A stretch of 64,000 bases of DNA from the human T2T-CHM13v2.0 reference genome, Homo sapiens, in assembly GCF_009914755.1 (NCBI RefSeq), contig NC_060937.1; one strand, given 5' to 3'. The stretch's first letter is position 1; every line of letters starts with the position of its first letter. Positions 29,121 to 43,818 of the stretch are shown piece by piece. Made by a program: the position numbers and the translations under genes. Below the pieces are notes generated by a model, which saw nothing but the letters and a program-made list of their open reading frames with translations, searched no databases and was not told where the DNA came from.

Positions 29121-30069
29121 GCTTGTTTTTTTAAGCTACCATTATGGAGACCTCTGTGTTTCTGCCCCAATCTGGACATGTTACAATATAGGCTTGCTCT
29201 ACAAAGCTTCCCAGGATTTTCCTTCACTATCAACCTAGAAATTTCCTTTGACTCTCTCCTCTGTTGGAATTTCTGCTTCCTTGGTCCCATGTCTTCTCCT
29301 TTTTTAGTTTAATTCCTCATTTGGGTGAGGCACATTCTCCGGGTGCTTTCTGAGAAAGGGAGAGTGGGAACTAAATTTTTTAAAAAATGTACATGTCCAT
29401 AAATGTCATTATTCTATGCTTGTATTTCACTAATAGTTCGGCTGGATATCGTATATTGTAGTAGTTAGAAATTTTGCTTCCAAATATCTTAGCATTGCTC
29501 AAATGTCCTTTGTTTCAGAAGTCTAAAGCCATTGTGATTCTAGAGCCTGTGTGTCTGACCTGCTGTTTCTCTTTGGAACAGAATCTAAGTTTGCCCTTTG
29601 GCATTGTGAAATTTCACAACGACGTGCCTTAGCATGACTTTTACACAGTCACTCTGTTGTGCACTTTCTGAGTTCACTAAATCTGGAAACTCACGCTCTT
29701 TAGCTCTGAGAAATTTTTAAAATTATTTCTTTAAAAATTTCCTTGCAGGCATTTTTTCTTACTGGAACTCCTACTGTTTGGTTCTGGACTAATCCTTTAA
29801 CTTTTTACCTTGTTCTCCTATTTTCCATTTCTTTGAAGTTTGCTCCATTTTCTGAAAGGCCTTTTTTCAACTCTAGTTTCCTAGCCTTCTCTTGAATTTT
29901 TCTTTTTACATCTACTATCAGAAAGTTTAAACAGTTCTTTCTTCTTTTCAGATGACTGTGTTTTATTTATGACATCCTATCTTGTTTCGTAAAGCAATAT
30001 TTATTCTTATCTGCATATATTATAGCTTTATCTCCAATGGCTTACTATAGGATAACTAAAACAATAATA

Positions 30070-30300
30070 AAATTAATAGCTGCACCTAATATTATTGAAC
30101 GCTTATCATGTGCCATATACTACGTTAAGGATTTTACACTGCATTAGCTCACTTAATCCTCATACCAGTTGTGAGGTAAGTATGGTTATTTAGCCCGTCT
30201 TCACAGATATAGAGACTGAAGTTCTGATAGATTACATTGCCCAAGTTTACACAGCTAGTTAAAAGAAAGGGCAGCAATTTTGACACAGGAAGCACAATTG
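30070..30300 (+). mobile_element. MIR element
   Basis: cacttaatcctcatacc...cacagatatagagactgaag...gcccaagtttacacagctagt. Confidence 0.72.
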
Positions 30301-30877
30301 TAAAGTGAAGCTCCTGAGCTGTTACTACTACATCCCTAAACTAAAGCTCTGTGAAAAAGAGAATTACAAATAAAGCTAATTAGCCTACACAGGTTACATG
30401 GAATTTTGTAAATGTCCTAGAACCTCATCAAATTCTTTTCAGTTCTTCAGTTCTATGTTATAATTGGCATCCTTCCAATAACAAAAACTCTATTTGTGGC
30501 TAATAAATTATTGGGTTAGTGTGTGTAGCCAAGAGGAAAATATAGTAAAGATGAGATTGCTGTTATTTTTAGCGCTACTTACACGCCCACCTGCCTGGTT
30601 ATCTCAGACAGGTTATTTGGTCTTAACAGACAAAGTAGTCAGATGGGTATCAAACCATTCCTATTACTAGAAAAACAACTGAAATCACCTATTTTACTCA
30701 TAGTGGTGTTTTACCCACACAAGCTTTTTTTGTGCACAAAGAAAAACAAAGTTACTTTAAAATTATACTCTACCACTTCACACATTTCAACAAGTAAAGA
30801 CAATGGATATTACTCTGAAGAAAGTAGAAAATGAGTACTATTTTTAAAATAACTTGCACTTTATATTAGTAAATATT

Positions 30878-31183
<306 letters not shown>

Positions 31184-32209
31184 TTATATTAGTAAATATT
31201 TCTGTTTTGGAAAACAACTGAAAAAATAAAAGCAACAGATAGCCATTACATGATTCTGATTTTCACCTTTGAACAGACAGCTTTTTCTGTTTTACTACAT
31301 TGTGATTTGCTAATTCATGTGTCAGGCCCTTTCCCTTGGACTCGCTTTTTAGTGGTTAATGAGCTGAGTTTCTTTGCATTTAAAAAATGGATCCTATTTC
31401 ATAAACAACTATAGTTAGCTAAATAAAATATTTTGATGTTTAAAAATGGCAGCAATTATGAGCTAAACTCCAAAACTGGAGTGTGAATTTTCTACTATAC
31501 AACTCAGCAGGAAAAAAAAAAAAAAAGACAAGTTTTAGAAGTATACAAAACCCCTTTTGCTATGTAACCTTTAATACAACATGGGGAGCTGCCAACCTGC
31601 CCAAAAAGTGCAATCTGTTGCACACGGTACAAGCAAGACCTTGTTAGGTCGCAAAATTTATGTCATTTGGCATCACTCTGGGAAACAAAAGCTACAGTAT
31701 CCACCTTGATCAAAACAGATTGGCTGTGCCCTTGCTGAAAATGTCATTACAGCAATTGAAGGCATGCAAAAAAGACTTCAAAGTTGGCACTGCAAGTATT
31801 ATGCAGGATGCCAAGGTACTAAATGGAGATAAAGGAACACCCTAAATACCCTTTGCCATTTTGTAAATGACAGAGGTTTTGAGCTTACTACTGAATATAC
31901 CACCTCCTATCTATGATGTGATATTTCCCTAACACACTAACATTTAATCCTCACAATTACATGAGGCAAGTGGGTGTTAATATATCCATTTCACAAATGG
32001 GAAAACTATGGCTTAGAAAAGGCAAATAATTCATCCAAGATCATAAATATAAAATCGGCTAGGGCCAGGGATTACATTCAGGTACCCTGACACCTACTTA
32101 AATGGTCTTTTCTGCTAAAATTTTCACTAAACACTGTGTTCAATTCAGGTAGCTGATGCTGTTTCTGATGCTGGTGCTTTAAGAATTACACGTGCCTTAA
32201 GTAAGTGTA

Positions 32210-32400
32210 ATTGCATCAGCCTCACCTGGAAGGCTTGTTGAAACCCAAATTACTGGACCCCACCCCGAGAGTTTCTGATTAAGTAGGTCTGGGGTGAGGA
32301 CCAGGATTTTACTAATTTATAAATTTTGAAGGAAAAAGGCATATTTTATGAAATTTGCATTGGCATACTTCTGACAAATCTCCTAGATACTCTTTTCTGA
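32210..32400. mobile_element. MER5-type hAT DNA transposon fragment
   Basis: tgcatcagcctcacctgga...ccccaccccgagagtttctgattaagtaggtctggggtgagg. Confidence 0.65.
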
Positions 32401-33129
32401 GATTCAGTTTTCCACTGATAAAATAATGGCATTCACAATTGATCATGCTTGCTGCAGGGCTTCTGTTAAAGTTAGAAGGATCTCTATCATTAAGAGAAAT
32501 AACTAGAAAAGTATTTTGAGCCATAACAAAGAAACAAAACTAGGAACACGGGATATCAGAAGTTACTGTGTCCTAATGCTCTATTGCACAAGCATGGAAA
32601 AAATCAAAATGTATCCAACTATTTAACTAAACATATTCTTATAATGCTACTAAGGTTAAACAGGTGGAAATAATGTTTTTAAAAACAATACACATTTGCA
32701 AATAGAGTTCAATGGTTAATTCAAAGTTCCTCTCAAAGTCTAAGAATTTTTACCACTCATTTGCCTCTTTAAAGGCACTGAGAGATCACTAAGGAAGACA
32801 CTTATACACTGAAGGTGAAATTTTTCTTTGTGTATTAACATAAAGGCCAAGAGACTTTAAAAAGTCATCAAGGGTACCTTTTGAAACTTTGTTCACAGGA
32901 GTTAAAACACCTACCACCCAACCAGTCTTACTACTTGGTTTTCACAGGCAGTGTGCTGGGTACAGAAAAGAGCCCTTATTGATGACTGTACAATGGCAGT
33001 ACTTGTGATCCATTAATAACCTGAGCTATTCATTAACACATGAAAACAGCAAGCAGAAAAAATAAATTTAAAAAAACACCCTGGGTGGGCTTTGTGAGGC
33101 ATGTGTGATAAGCAGGTTTAAAACGATCA

Positions 33130-35160
33130 CTTTGTTTCTCTTTTTTCATTTTGAAGCCATCTCAAATGCAGAGGCAAGTTATAAGTACAGTACAAAAATT
33201 TTTTTTCCCCACAACGATTTTCAAGTAAGTTACCAATATAAAGCTCCACCACCCTGAAATACTTTACTGTGTATTTTCTATAAAAAAGGACATTCTCCAA
33301 TATAACTAAAATACAACTTTCAAAACCAGGATACTGACATTGATACAGTAATACTATTGAATCTTCAGACTTCACTCCAATTGCATTGGTTGTCCCAATA
33401 ATGGCTTTTAGGGCAAAAGGATCCAATTCACAATCTCCCATTCCACTTGTTTTTGTGTTTCTTTAGGGTCCTTCAGTCTGGAGTTATTCCTCAACCTGTT
33501 CTTGACTTTCTTGAAGATAACAGGCTTGTTATTTTGTAGACTCCACCTCAATTTGGGTTTGTTGACATTTCCCCTTGATTAGATTCAAGCACTGCCTATT
33601 TGACAGGAATACCACAGAAGCAGTTCTGTTTCTTCATATCAGGTGGCACAGGGCTGCAATTTGTCCCACTGCTGATGATGTTCAATTTGATCACTTGGTG
33701 GTGCCTGCCAGCCTTCTCCATTGTAAAGTTATTTTCCCATTAGTAATTAATAAATATTAATTACATACAGCAAATATCTTATTTATGATAAAACTTTCAA
33801 TATATTCATTTATTTTTTGTATCAGAAAATAGTTGCCTATTTTATGCAACAGGTTAGATTATCTGTTGCTATCATTTATGTCAACGCTCATATTGTCCCA
33901 GTGGGAGCCCTTTCAAGGTTTTTATGTCTTTATGACACGTCACCATTTTTCTTTGAATATTTTCCTACTATCTAAAACACCAAGATGTTCTGGGATCATA
34001 CTTTTCCTGCAGTACTGAAATTAGCCATGTTTCTCAGAATCTTGGTTCTGTCTAGTAGGAACATATACATATATACTTATGTTTACATTTACATTTTTTA
34101 TATTTACATATATATTTCTATATGATTGTATATATAATATGTCTATATTTACATGTATATAAAATTCATGATTTTATATTGATACCTCCAAGTTTTATTT
34201 TTGTAATTTTTTTATTTCCATAGGTTATTGGGGAACAGGTGGTTTTTTGTTTGTTTGTTTGTTTGTTTAGACAGGGTCTCACTCTGTCTCCCAGGCTGGA
34301 GTACAGTGGCATGATCTCAGCTCACTGCAACCCCTGCCTGCTGGGTTCCAGTGATTTTCGTGCCTCAGCCTCCTGAGTAGCTGGGATTACAGGCACGCAA
34401 CACCACACCCAGCTCATTTTTTTGTATTTTTAGTAGAGACAGGGTTTTACCATGTCGGCCAGGCAGGAACAGGTATTATCTGGTTACATGAGTAAGTTCT
34501 TTAGTGTGATACCTCCAAGTTGAATCCAACACAGGGTTCATTCTAATTTCTACCCTTTTCATATTAGTAATTTCTTCCTCCCTGGACCCCACTATCCTTA
34601 AGACATTTACTTACTTCTTCAGTCCCTGTGTATATATAACCCATCTCCACAATGGCCACTGCACAGACACTGTCCTCATCCCACCCAGGCTGTGCCAACT
34701 CCCTGCTGGGGCTGCCACCCCAACACATGCACATCCTCAGCCTGCTTAGGCACCCATCCCTGTGAATGCTCGCTCCCCTCCACTGTGGCTCTGACACCCG
34801 CACTGGGCCTTCCCTCTGCCAGTATGCTGCCTCCTACAACCTCCCAAACCAGGTTCCCCTTCTCTGCAGATTCCCTCCTTACTGCAAGAGGCTCCCACAC
34901 CCTGCATCGGGCCATCCCCACATTCCACACCCCATATGGACAGTCTCCCTGCTCTGAGCCACAGTGGGTCCCCCATGCCACAGCCCAGAACACCCACGTA
35001 GCTTGACCTCACCTAATAGCTCTAAGGCAGAATTGTTCAGGAAGAGGAAAATGAAGTTGAAGGGGAACCATTTTGCTTATTTTAAAATGGAATATATATA
35101 CTTACTAAATGGAATACATAAATTTCCATTAATTTATACTTTTTTCAGCACTTCCTCTAA
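33130..35160 (-). mobile_element. L1MC-type 3' region interrupted by younger inserts
   Basis: aggacattctc..atataac, ttccc.ttgattagattcaag, tttgatcacttggt, and the C-rich repetitive segment 34660-35000. Confidence 0.6.
34245..34463 (-). mobile_element. 5'-truncated Alu nested in a short L1PB-type 3' end (34195-34506)
   Basis: Alu flanked by ggaacaggt repeats; the L1 piece is flanked by tgatacctccaagtt repeats. Confidence 0.85.
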
Positions 35161-35175
35161 GTTCCTAAGAATCGG

Positions 35176-35583
35176 TGATATGGTTTGGATCCGCCCAAAT
35201 CTCATGTCAGATTGTAATTCCCAATGTTGGAGGTCGGCCTGGTGGGAGGTGACCGGATCACAGGGATGGATTTCTTAGGAATGGTTTAGCACCATCCACT
35301 TGGTGCTGTTCTCATGATACTGAGTTCTCATGAGATCTGGTTGTTTAAAAGTATGCAGCACCTCCTCATTCTCTCTCTCTTGTTCCTGATCCCACCATGT
35401 GAGATGTCTCACTCCCCCTTTGCCTTCCACCATGATTGGAAGCTTCCTGAGGTCTCTCCAGAAGCAGAAGCCACTATGCTTCCTGTATAACCTGCAGAAC
35501 CGTGAGTCAATGAAACCTCTTTTCTTTACAAGTTACCCAGTTTCAGGTATTTCTTTATAGCAATGCGAAAATGAACTAATACA
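35176..35583 (+). mobile_element. MST-type MaLR solo LTR
   Basis: tgatatggtttggat...cccaaatctcatg...tttatagcaatgcgaaaatgaactaataca. Confidence 0.88.
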
Positions 35584-35783
35584 ATGGGCAAAAGAAGAAT
35601 TTCTTTATAACTTTCTATGGGAAATGATTTTTAAAGTTCTTATAGTATTGAGCATCAGTATTCTATTTCCCCTTTTCTATACATATATATTTCTACTACT
35701 AAATATCTATTGCTCGAATTCAAATAAAGGCCCCAGAATAAATCTCGATCTGAGAAGCAAACTTATTTTGAAAGATCATTTTG

Positions 35784-36445
<662 letters not shown>

Positions 36446-36587
36446 TTAAATAATTTTTAAAAGTTATCTTAGGTTTTTTTGTTGTTTGTTTTTTGTTTTA
36501 AGGAAATCAGTGAGCCTGTTGAGACTGAAGCTAAACTGTTAGAAAACACAGATATGCATACTTGAAAGACCATTGGTGCAATCTTAC

Positions 36588-36707
36588 CCTTGAGAAGATA
36601 TTTTCCAGGGAGCTAGTTAAGGATCTCTTAGCTTTATTTTTCAGAATGTCAAGTTTGAACCTTCCACTGCTTGTTGCATTTTCTGGGATTGTACTATTTG
36701 AAATAGT
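36588..36707 (-). CDS. TBC1D4: TBC1D4 exon 8 (120 nt; [10 protein letters not shown]...[14 protein letters not shown]; T568/S570)
   Basis: tttttttag|ACT acceptor, AGG|gtaaga donor. Confidence 0.96.
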
Positions 36708-37566
36708 CTAAAAAAAGAAAAACAGATACATTTTAGTTTGGAAATACTCAAGGTTAAATGAAACTTTAATTATAGGCTTAAGACTAAGCTATTAAAAAAC
36801 ACAAGAATTCTTCAGTAGCTCTATTAATAAGTAATAATTTAGGTCCCACACTGTGAACATAATGCTTATAAGGAAAGGGGTTTAATTTTTCATATTGTAT
36901 GTAATAAAAAGACAGATGTAAAATATTTCCTTCATGCCTTTCCTTTCCATGAATACACTCCTACTGCATTTAGCAAAAATTATACTTGATATGTCAATTT
37001 TTACTACTGCTACTCTGATTAACATCTATAACCATCCCTTTCCAAGATGTATACTTTATATCCAAATTGCCAAGAAAAACACAGAACACAAGTTCCAAAG
37101 AACAAAGCATTTTCCAAACAAAACTGGATTCTGGTAATGCCTCTGTTATAATTCCATTTTCATTCGTGAGTGGGTCATTTATGTCTTAGATCACAAGAAT
37201 AGAACCAAACTGGGTGAGAATCTATGATGTGTCCACTATATTAGGTTCTCTATGTATTTTATCCATTGAAGTAAGCAGCTACTATGTATATCACATGGTC
37301 CTTAGTAGCAAAAAACTTTCAAGCGAGAAACCTTATGATTTGCTTGGGGAGGGAATAGCAACACAAAGCACGTGTAAGTATCAAATACCAAAGCAGGAAG
37401 ATTGGCTGTGGGTCTAAACAGGAAGAAAAGAATACACAGGATTCAGACAGGCGGGAAGAAAGGGATGAAGACTTCCCCAGAACTGGGGATGCTTGTTGGC
37501 AAAATCCTAAAGGGTGGATTGCTTAAGGGAGAGAAAGTCAGGGCATGTATTTAGTTAAAATATTGC

Positions 37567-37619
37567 TTGCCATTACTTTTAATGGCAAAAACTGCAATTA
37601 CTTCTGCACCTGCCTAATA
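37567..37619. mobile_element. Partial MADE1 (Hsmar1-derived MITE)
   Basis: ttgccattacttttaatggcaaaaactgcaattacttctgcacctgcctaa-ta: centre plus one TIR. Confidence 0.85.
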
Positions 37620-39253
37620 GAAGGGAGCAGTAGAAGGTAACACGAGAAACTCAGGCTGGAAAATAAAACCTTGAATGTTCTTAAGTGCCAGGTAAATAGG
37701 AAGAATTAGCAATCCAAATTTATAAGCTGAGGGAAATCCCTGTGAATGTAATGTTTTAGGGAGAGTTATCAAAAAGAAGTGTTCAAAAACACATCTAAAA
37801 GACAGGAAAATCAGACTGAAACATCAAACTGAACTTGAGGCTTCAGCACAGTCTATGTAGGAGGCAATAAGGGCCCACACTAGCACCAGCTCCATCAAAT
37901 CAGTTAAGAAGTTACAGATGCAAGAAAGGCCCCACCAAGAAAGGAAAGGAGAGGAAAAAAAAAACAATGGGTATACATGTGGGCTGGACAGGGCTCAGGG
38001 TGTGTATAAAGCACTGGGATCATTCATTATTCTAAGGCTTCCAGATAAACAAATGTGACAAAAATAGAAAAACTGTATGGGCACTTAGCAAATATCTGAC
38101 ACATAGTAACTGCTCAGTAAATACCAGTTGAATAAATGGAAGGACATGAAGGAAAGGAGAGCGTGATGGAGGCAGAAGCTTAGCTACGAGCAAGAAAACA
38201 TGAAAATATTGTTAAAATCTCCTCCTGTATGATCATTTCTTTGTGATTTCTCCATCACAAAGAAATGCACATCTCGTGAACATCCTCCTTTAACTTCAGG
38301 TCCACAACAAAGCTCATGTCTTCCATATTTATACTCAAATTCCTCTATAGGCACCAAATGTATCAACCTCCTTACTCATCACCTCAAATTCCTCTATGGG
38401 CACCAAATCCATTTTTCTAATTGAATCTCAAACACATTTCCAAATTGAATTCTTATTTTTTATTCTCATCCCCTGCCCCACTCTCGTCTGCTTTCTTTAT
38501 TTCCCGGCTCTGTTTCATCAAATTTCCCCACACGGGAAACCCTGACGTTGTTCACAGCAACTCCCTCTCCCTTCCTTTACAGATTCTTCCAGCCAGTCAC
38601 TAAGTCCTAATGATTATGCCGCCTAAATAGCTCTTCACTCAGTTCCTTCCCCACTTCTCTAGGGCTCTAGCTTGGCCTCTCTGAGTCAAATAAATGCTTC
38701 AAGACGAATTATTCAAGCTATTTATGTACCAATGCTACCTCTAACTTGTGCATACATCATTATACCAATCACATCATATTTTAATGTATTTGGTTTCACA
38801 TTGGTTTCTCCTCCTAAACAGTTAGATGGCAGGGAAGGGTCGCCATTATTCATCACTGTTTCCTAGTACAGTCTGTACTCGATAAAGATTTGTGCAATAA
38901 TTAAATCACTTATCATATATTCTATTAAAACATTCTCCCAACTGGAGAATATGACTTAGTCCTAACCCCCTCACCAAGCAACCTCCCCCATAAATAAATC
39001 TACCATCAGAAGAACAGCAGAATTTTCTCTTTGTGGTGCAAATCTGATCTTCTCACTCCCTTACTTAAAATCCTTCCATGACAAAGTCAGGCCTGCCAGT
39101 AACTTAAGGCCCTTCCTCATCTCATTCTGCCTATCATCCCAGCCTTGTTTCCCCCACCAATCCCCAAGCACAACCTCAAAACCAGCACCTAATTCCAGTG
39201 CCTGCATGGAGTAAGTTTGGGCACACTACTACATAACTTTGTGCTCAATGTTC

Positions 39254-39540
39254 TTTTTTTTTTTTTGAGACGGAGTCTCCTGTCGCCTGGGGAGTGCAAT
39301 GGCATGATCTTGGCTCACTGCAACCTCCACCTCCCAGGTTCACGTGCTTCTCCTGCCTCAGCTTCCTGAGTAGCTGGGATTACAGGCACACACCACCACA
39401 CCGGCTAATTTTTTTTTGTATTTTTAGTAGAGACGGGGTTTCACTATGTTGGCCAGACTCTAAACTCCTGACCTCGTGATTCACCAGCCTCAGCCTCCCA
39501 AAGTGCTGGGATCACAGGCGTGAGCCACCACACCCGGCCC
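39254..39540 (-). mobile_element. Alu (AluS)
   Basis: Reverse-complement Alu. Confidence 0.92.
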
Positions 39541-40290
39541 AAAAAGTACAGTTCCTCAACTGTTCTGACAGCAAAGTTTATCTCTCCTAAAATTCCAACT
39601 CCCTCAAAATGTCCTTCCTCTTGAATCTCCTCTTCTCTTACTCTCTACTCCAGCTCCAAAGCAAAGACACAGCTACTTTTGTGCTCACTACAGATTCTTT
39701 TTTAAAGCCACTTATTGACTTTATTCTATGTATCTATTGATCTGTTTGCATTCCCCTTTCAAATATTTGAGCTATTCTCTGGAGAGGACATGATTCATTC
39801 ATCAGGTTTTTTTTGTCACCTTTTTCCATCACATAGTTTAACTCATAGAAGGTTCTCAAGAAATGCTTGTTCTGTGACTAAATGAAGGACTGTGTACTAA
39901 CAATATGTGATTTGTTCTGAATATCGTGAAATAAAGATATAACCTGAATTAGTGTTATCAAGAGTAAATATTTCACAATTCCCTTTGATGTTACGGCTGG
40001 TGGTCCTGCTTCTTCTATATGCAGCAGAGGATAAATTCTAGACCACATGCACAAAAATACCATCCCTCAGTTTGCAGCTAGGGTACCATTTACATGATAT
40101 TACTGCTGTTTCACCATTTGGGCTATCTCCAGTTTCGATGAAATAAAATGTTCATATGAATTGGAAATAAAATAATAGATTAATATAACTAAAAATAATG
40201 TATGTTCATTCTAAATCACGAACATGTACTATTAATGCTTTTTTTTAACCAAAACCCACAAATTCTTTTACATTTTAAGACCATCATTAG

Positions 40291-40636
<346 letters not shown>

Positions 40637-40794
40637 CTATAAAACTATTAAAATGCTGGGCGGGGGAGTGAGGGGGTAGTTCAGGAAACTCTGATAGGAC
40701 TTTAGCCCTAAAGAACCTGAGAGTACAAAGGGAAGAATTAACAAAATCCATAAACAACAACAAAAGTAGGTGAAGTAGGAAATAATCTTCTCAC

Positions 40795-40905
40795 AGAAGG
40801 GCCTTCCCCGATGTGCACGTGTGTCTTCTGCTTGGCTTCACACAGCTGCCTCAGGTGTAAAATCACAAGTTCATTTTCTTCCTGGTCACTGACTGGCTTC
40901 ATTTT
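40795..40905 (-). CDS. TBC1D4: TBC1D4 exon 7 (111 nt; [21 protein letters not shown]...GEGPS)
   Basis: ORF 40738..40920; aacag|AAA acceptor, TCT|gtgaga donor. Confidence 0.96.
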
Positions 40906-41165
40906 CTGTTCAACAGACAAACCAAAAGAACACTATGGCAACACCACTTCCCTCCTTTTATTCTGTCGGGCAGACAAACGTAAATAAAGCTAAGAGTTTT
41001 AACTTCGCTCAGAAGCAAAAGTAAAATGGCATTCTATTCTATCCAGTAGTACTCTAGGTCATGCATCTTTAGCTCTAGGCAGCAGAATGAAAACAGGAAC
41101 GCATAAAAACAGGATCCAATTCTCATTCCTTATGTCTTATTTATGAGACCTACAAATAATGTTAC

Positions 41166-41257
41166 CTGAACTCTTTCAAAGATGTCAGCTTGCTCATTAT
41201 CTGTCAGTGATGAGAGATGCCTCTGTATCACCAGCTTGGCTCTTGGTGGGTAGAGAC
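41166..41257 (-). CDS. TBC1D4: TBC1D4 exon 6 (92 nt; [15 protein letters not shown]...FERVQ)
   Basis: ttttccttag|GT acceptor, CAG|gtaaca donor; phase 1 to 0 matches neighbours. Confidence 0.95.
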
Positions 41258-41501
41258 CTAAGGAAAATGATGAGGGAAGGTATTAAACAGAGTCTAGCAG
41301 CAGAGATCCAGGGGCAGAGAATGCATTACACTTCACCTCTTCCCAAGCAGGCTCTGAACTTAAATCTTCTCAAGGAGACGTGTTCCTGCCTAAAAGAAAC
41401 CTTGGAATACTACATTGAAATGATTAAAACTAGATGAAAAACCTCTCCACCAAAATCAACAGCCCCCAGTAGTGATCTTGGCATTACAATTACTAACAAC
41501 G

Positions 41502-41885
41502 GGCCGGGCGCAGTGGCTCGCGCCTGTAATCCCAACACTTTGGGAGGTGGAGAGGAGTTCTCAGAAACTTTTCCTCTAGTTCTCATTCAGTACTGCACAG
41601 TGGTTTAAAACAGGCCTGGTGACAGTGTGGCCACAGTATGGCAGGACTGTGTGCGTTCTGACAAGCATGAAGCAAATTCTAGTTCTTTTACACCCTGTCT
41701 CTACTAAAAATACAAAAATTAGCCAGCCATGGTGGCGGGGGCCTGTAATCCCAGCTACTCAGGAGGCGAGGCAGGAGACTCACTTGAACATGGGAGGCAG
41801 AGGTTGCAGTGAGCCAAGATCGAGCCACTGCACTCCAGCCTGGGCGACAAAGTGAGACTCCATCTCAAAACAACAACAACAAAAA
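41502..41885 (+). mobile_element. Alu whose left arm is interrupted by a 142-bp non-Alu insert
   Basis: Alu 41502-41548 and 41691-41885; TSD aattactaacaa(c/t)g on both sides. Confidence 0.92.
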
Positions 41886-43070
41886 TTACTAACAATGAAT
41901 TTCTAAGCGATACCGAGCACAACCAGATACCACTTTACACTAACAAACAGCCACAGTAGAAACTCACAGATGATTTAACATTAACCTAAGACCTCACATG
42001 GAAATAAAAGCTAAAGACTAGCCTTGGCCAAAAATTTTAAGTTTACAACTTGACATTTAAAGAAGAAAGAACAAGTAATAATATTAAAAGGCAAGACTAC
42101 GGCTTTGACAGAGATCTCTTCCCCGATGCAGCTCTTGTTCTGTGAGAATAAAGTTTTAAGGATAGCATTAGTATTTAGTGAACTTTCAATGTTATTATTT
42201 TATCAAGAAATCATTTACTTCTTTATATCATGATATTCACAAACCTATCCCATTCTTACACATAATTTATATTAAGTCCTTGGGAAAATCTTTTTTCATG
42301 AGAAGGTTGTTTTTAAATTTTTTTTTAAAAAAGAAAGTTTAATTCATATTTGCAGTAATTCAACAGACCATTCATTTTTAAAGAACAGATTTCTCTTTCT
42401 TCAAAAGAAGATTCAAAGAAAAAGAGCAGATTTTCATTACAGTTAGGTTCCACTTAGAGTATTGCTACTATATTTTGATTATGAAGAGAATATATATATA
42501 TATTCTGGATATATATAATATTTAATAAACCTTATAGGTAGGCTGGCATTTTAAAATCATTTGTTATTATAAGGCTGCCTTTGCTATCATTCTCAGGTTA
42601 TAACTAAATATATTACATGATGTTATGACATAATTTGAATGTTTTCCATGTATTCTTTGTATTTATTTACAAAGAATAAGACAAAGTAATTGGCCGAAAA
42701 TACTTATAATTTGTTCCGCTAAGTTGCATCACAGAATTTTAAAATAATGTATTAGTCTATAAGTACATTGTGCACTTTTCTCATTGTATTCATTTCTAAG
42801 AAAATATGAGGTGCCAGGCAACTGAAGTAAACTGATTTAATAGATTTGAGCTACTTTTTAAAATTAAATAACTATCAAGATCTCTACAGATAGTATACAG
42901 GAGGATCACCTGAAAATACACATTGTTTTAAAAGATCTAGAATTCACTTCACACTTGCCAGAAAGCACACAGTACTGCCATACTGCAGCCACACGGCCAC
43001 CAGGCCTGCTTTAAACCACTGTGCAGTACTGAATGAGAACTAGAGGAAAAGTTTCCAAAAACTCCACTCC
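41549..43070. repeat. Inverted repeat: 41549-41690 is the reverse complement of 42929-43070 (~88% identity)
   Basis: Manual ungapped alignment, 17 mismatches in 142 bp. Confidence 0.95.
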
Positions 43071-43174
43071 ACATTTCTTTGTGCAATGTACAGCAAAATT
43101 CGGTGCAAGTCTTGGTGATCACAGACAGAAAACTAAATTCATTTTGATGGTATGACACCACTCACTATCACAGT

Positions 43175-43818
<644 letters not shown>

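Noticed and set aside
34564-35012. GC-rich block with overlapping ORFs on both strands
   Set aside because: Resembles the C-rich repetitive part of an L1MC-type 3' end; ORFs are a by-product of composition
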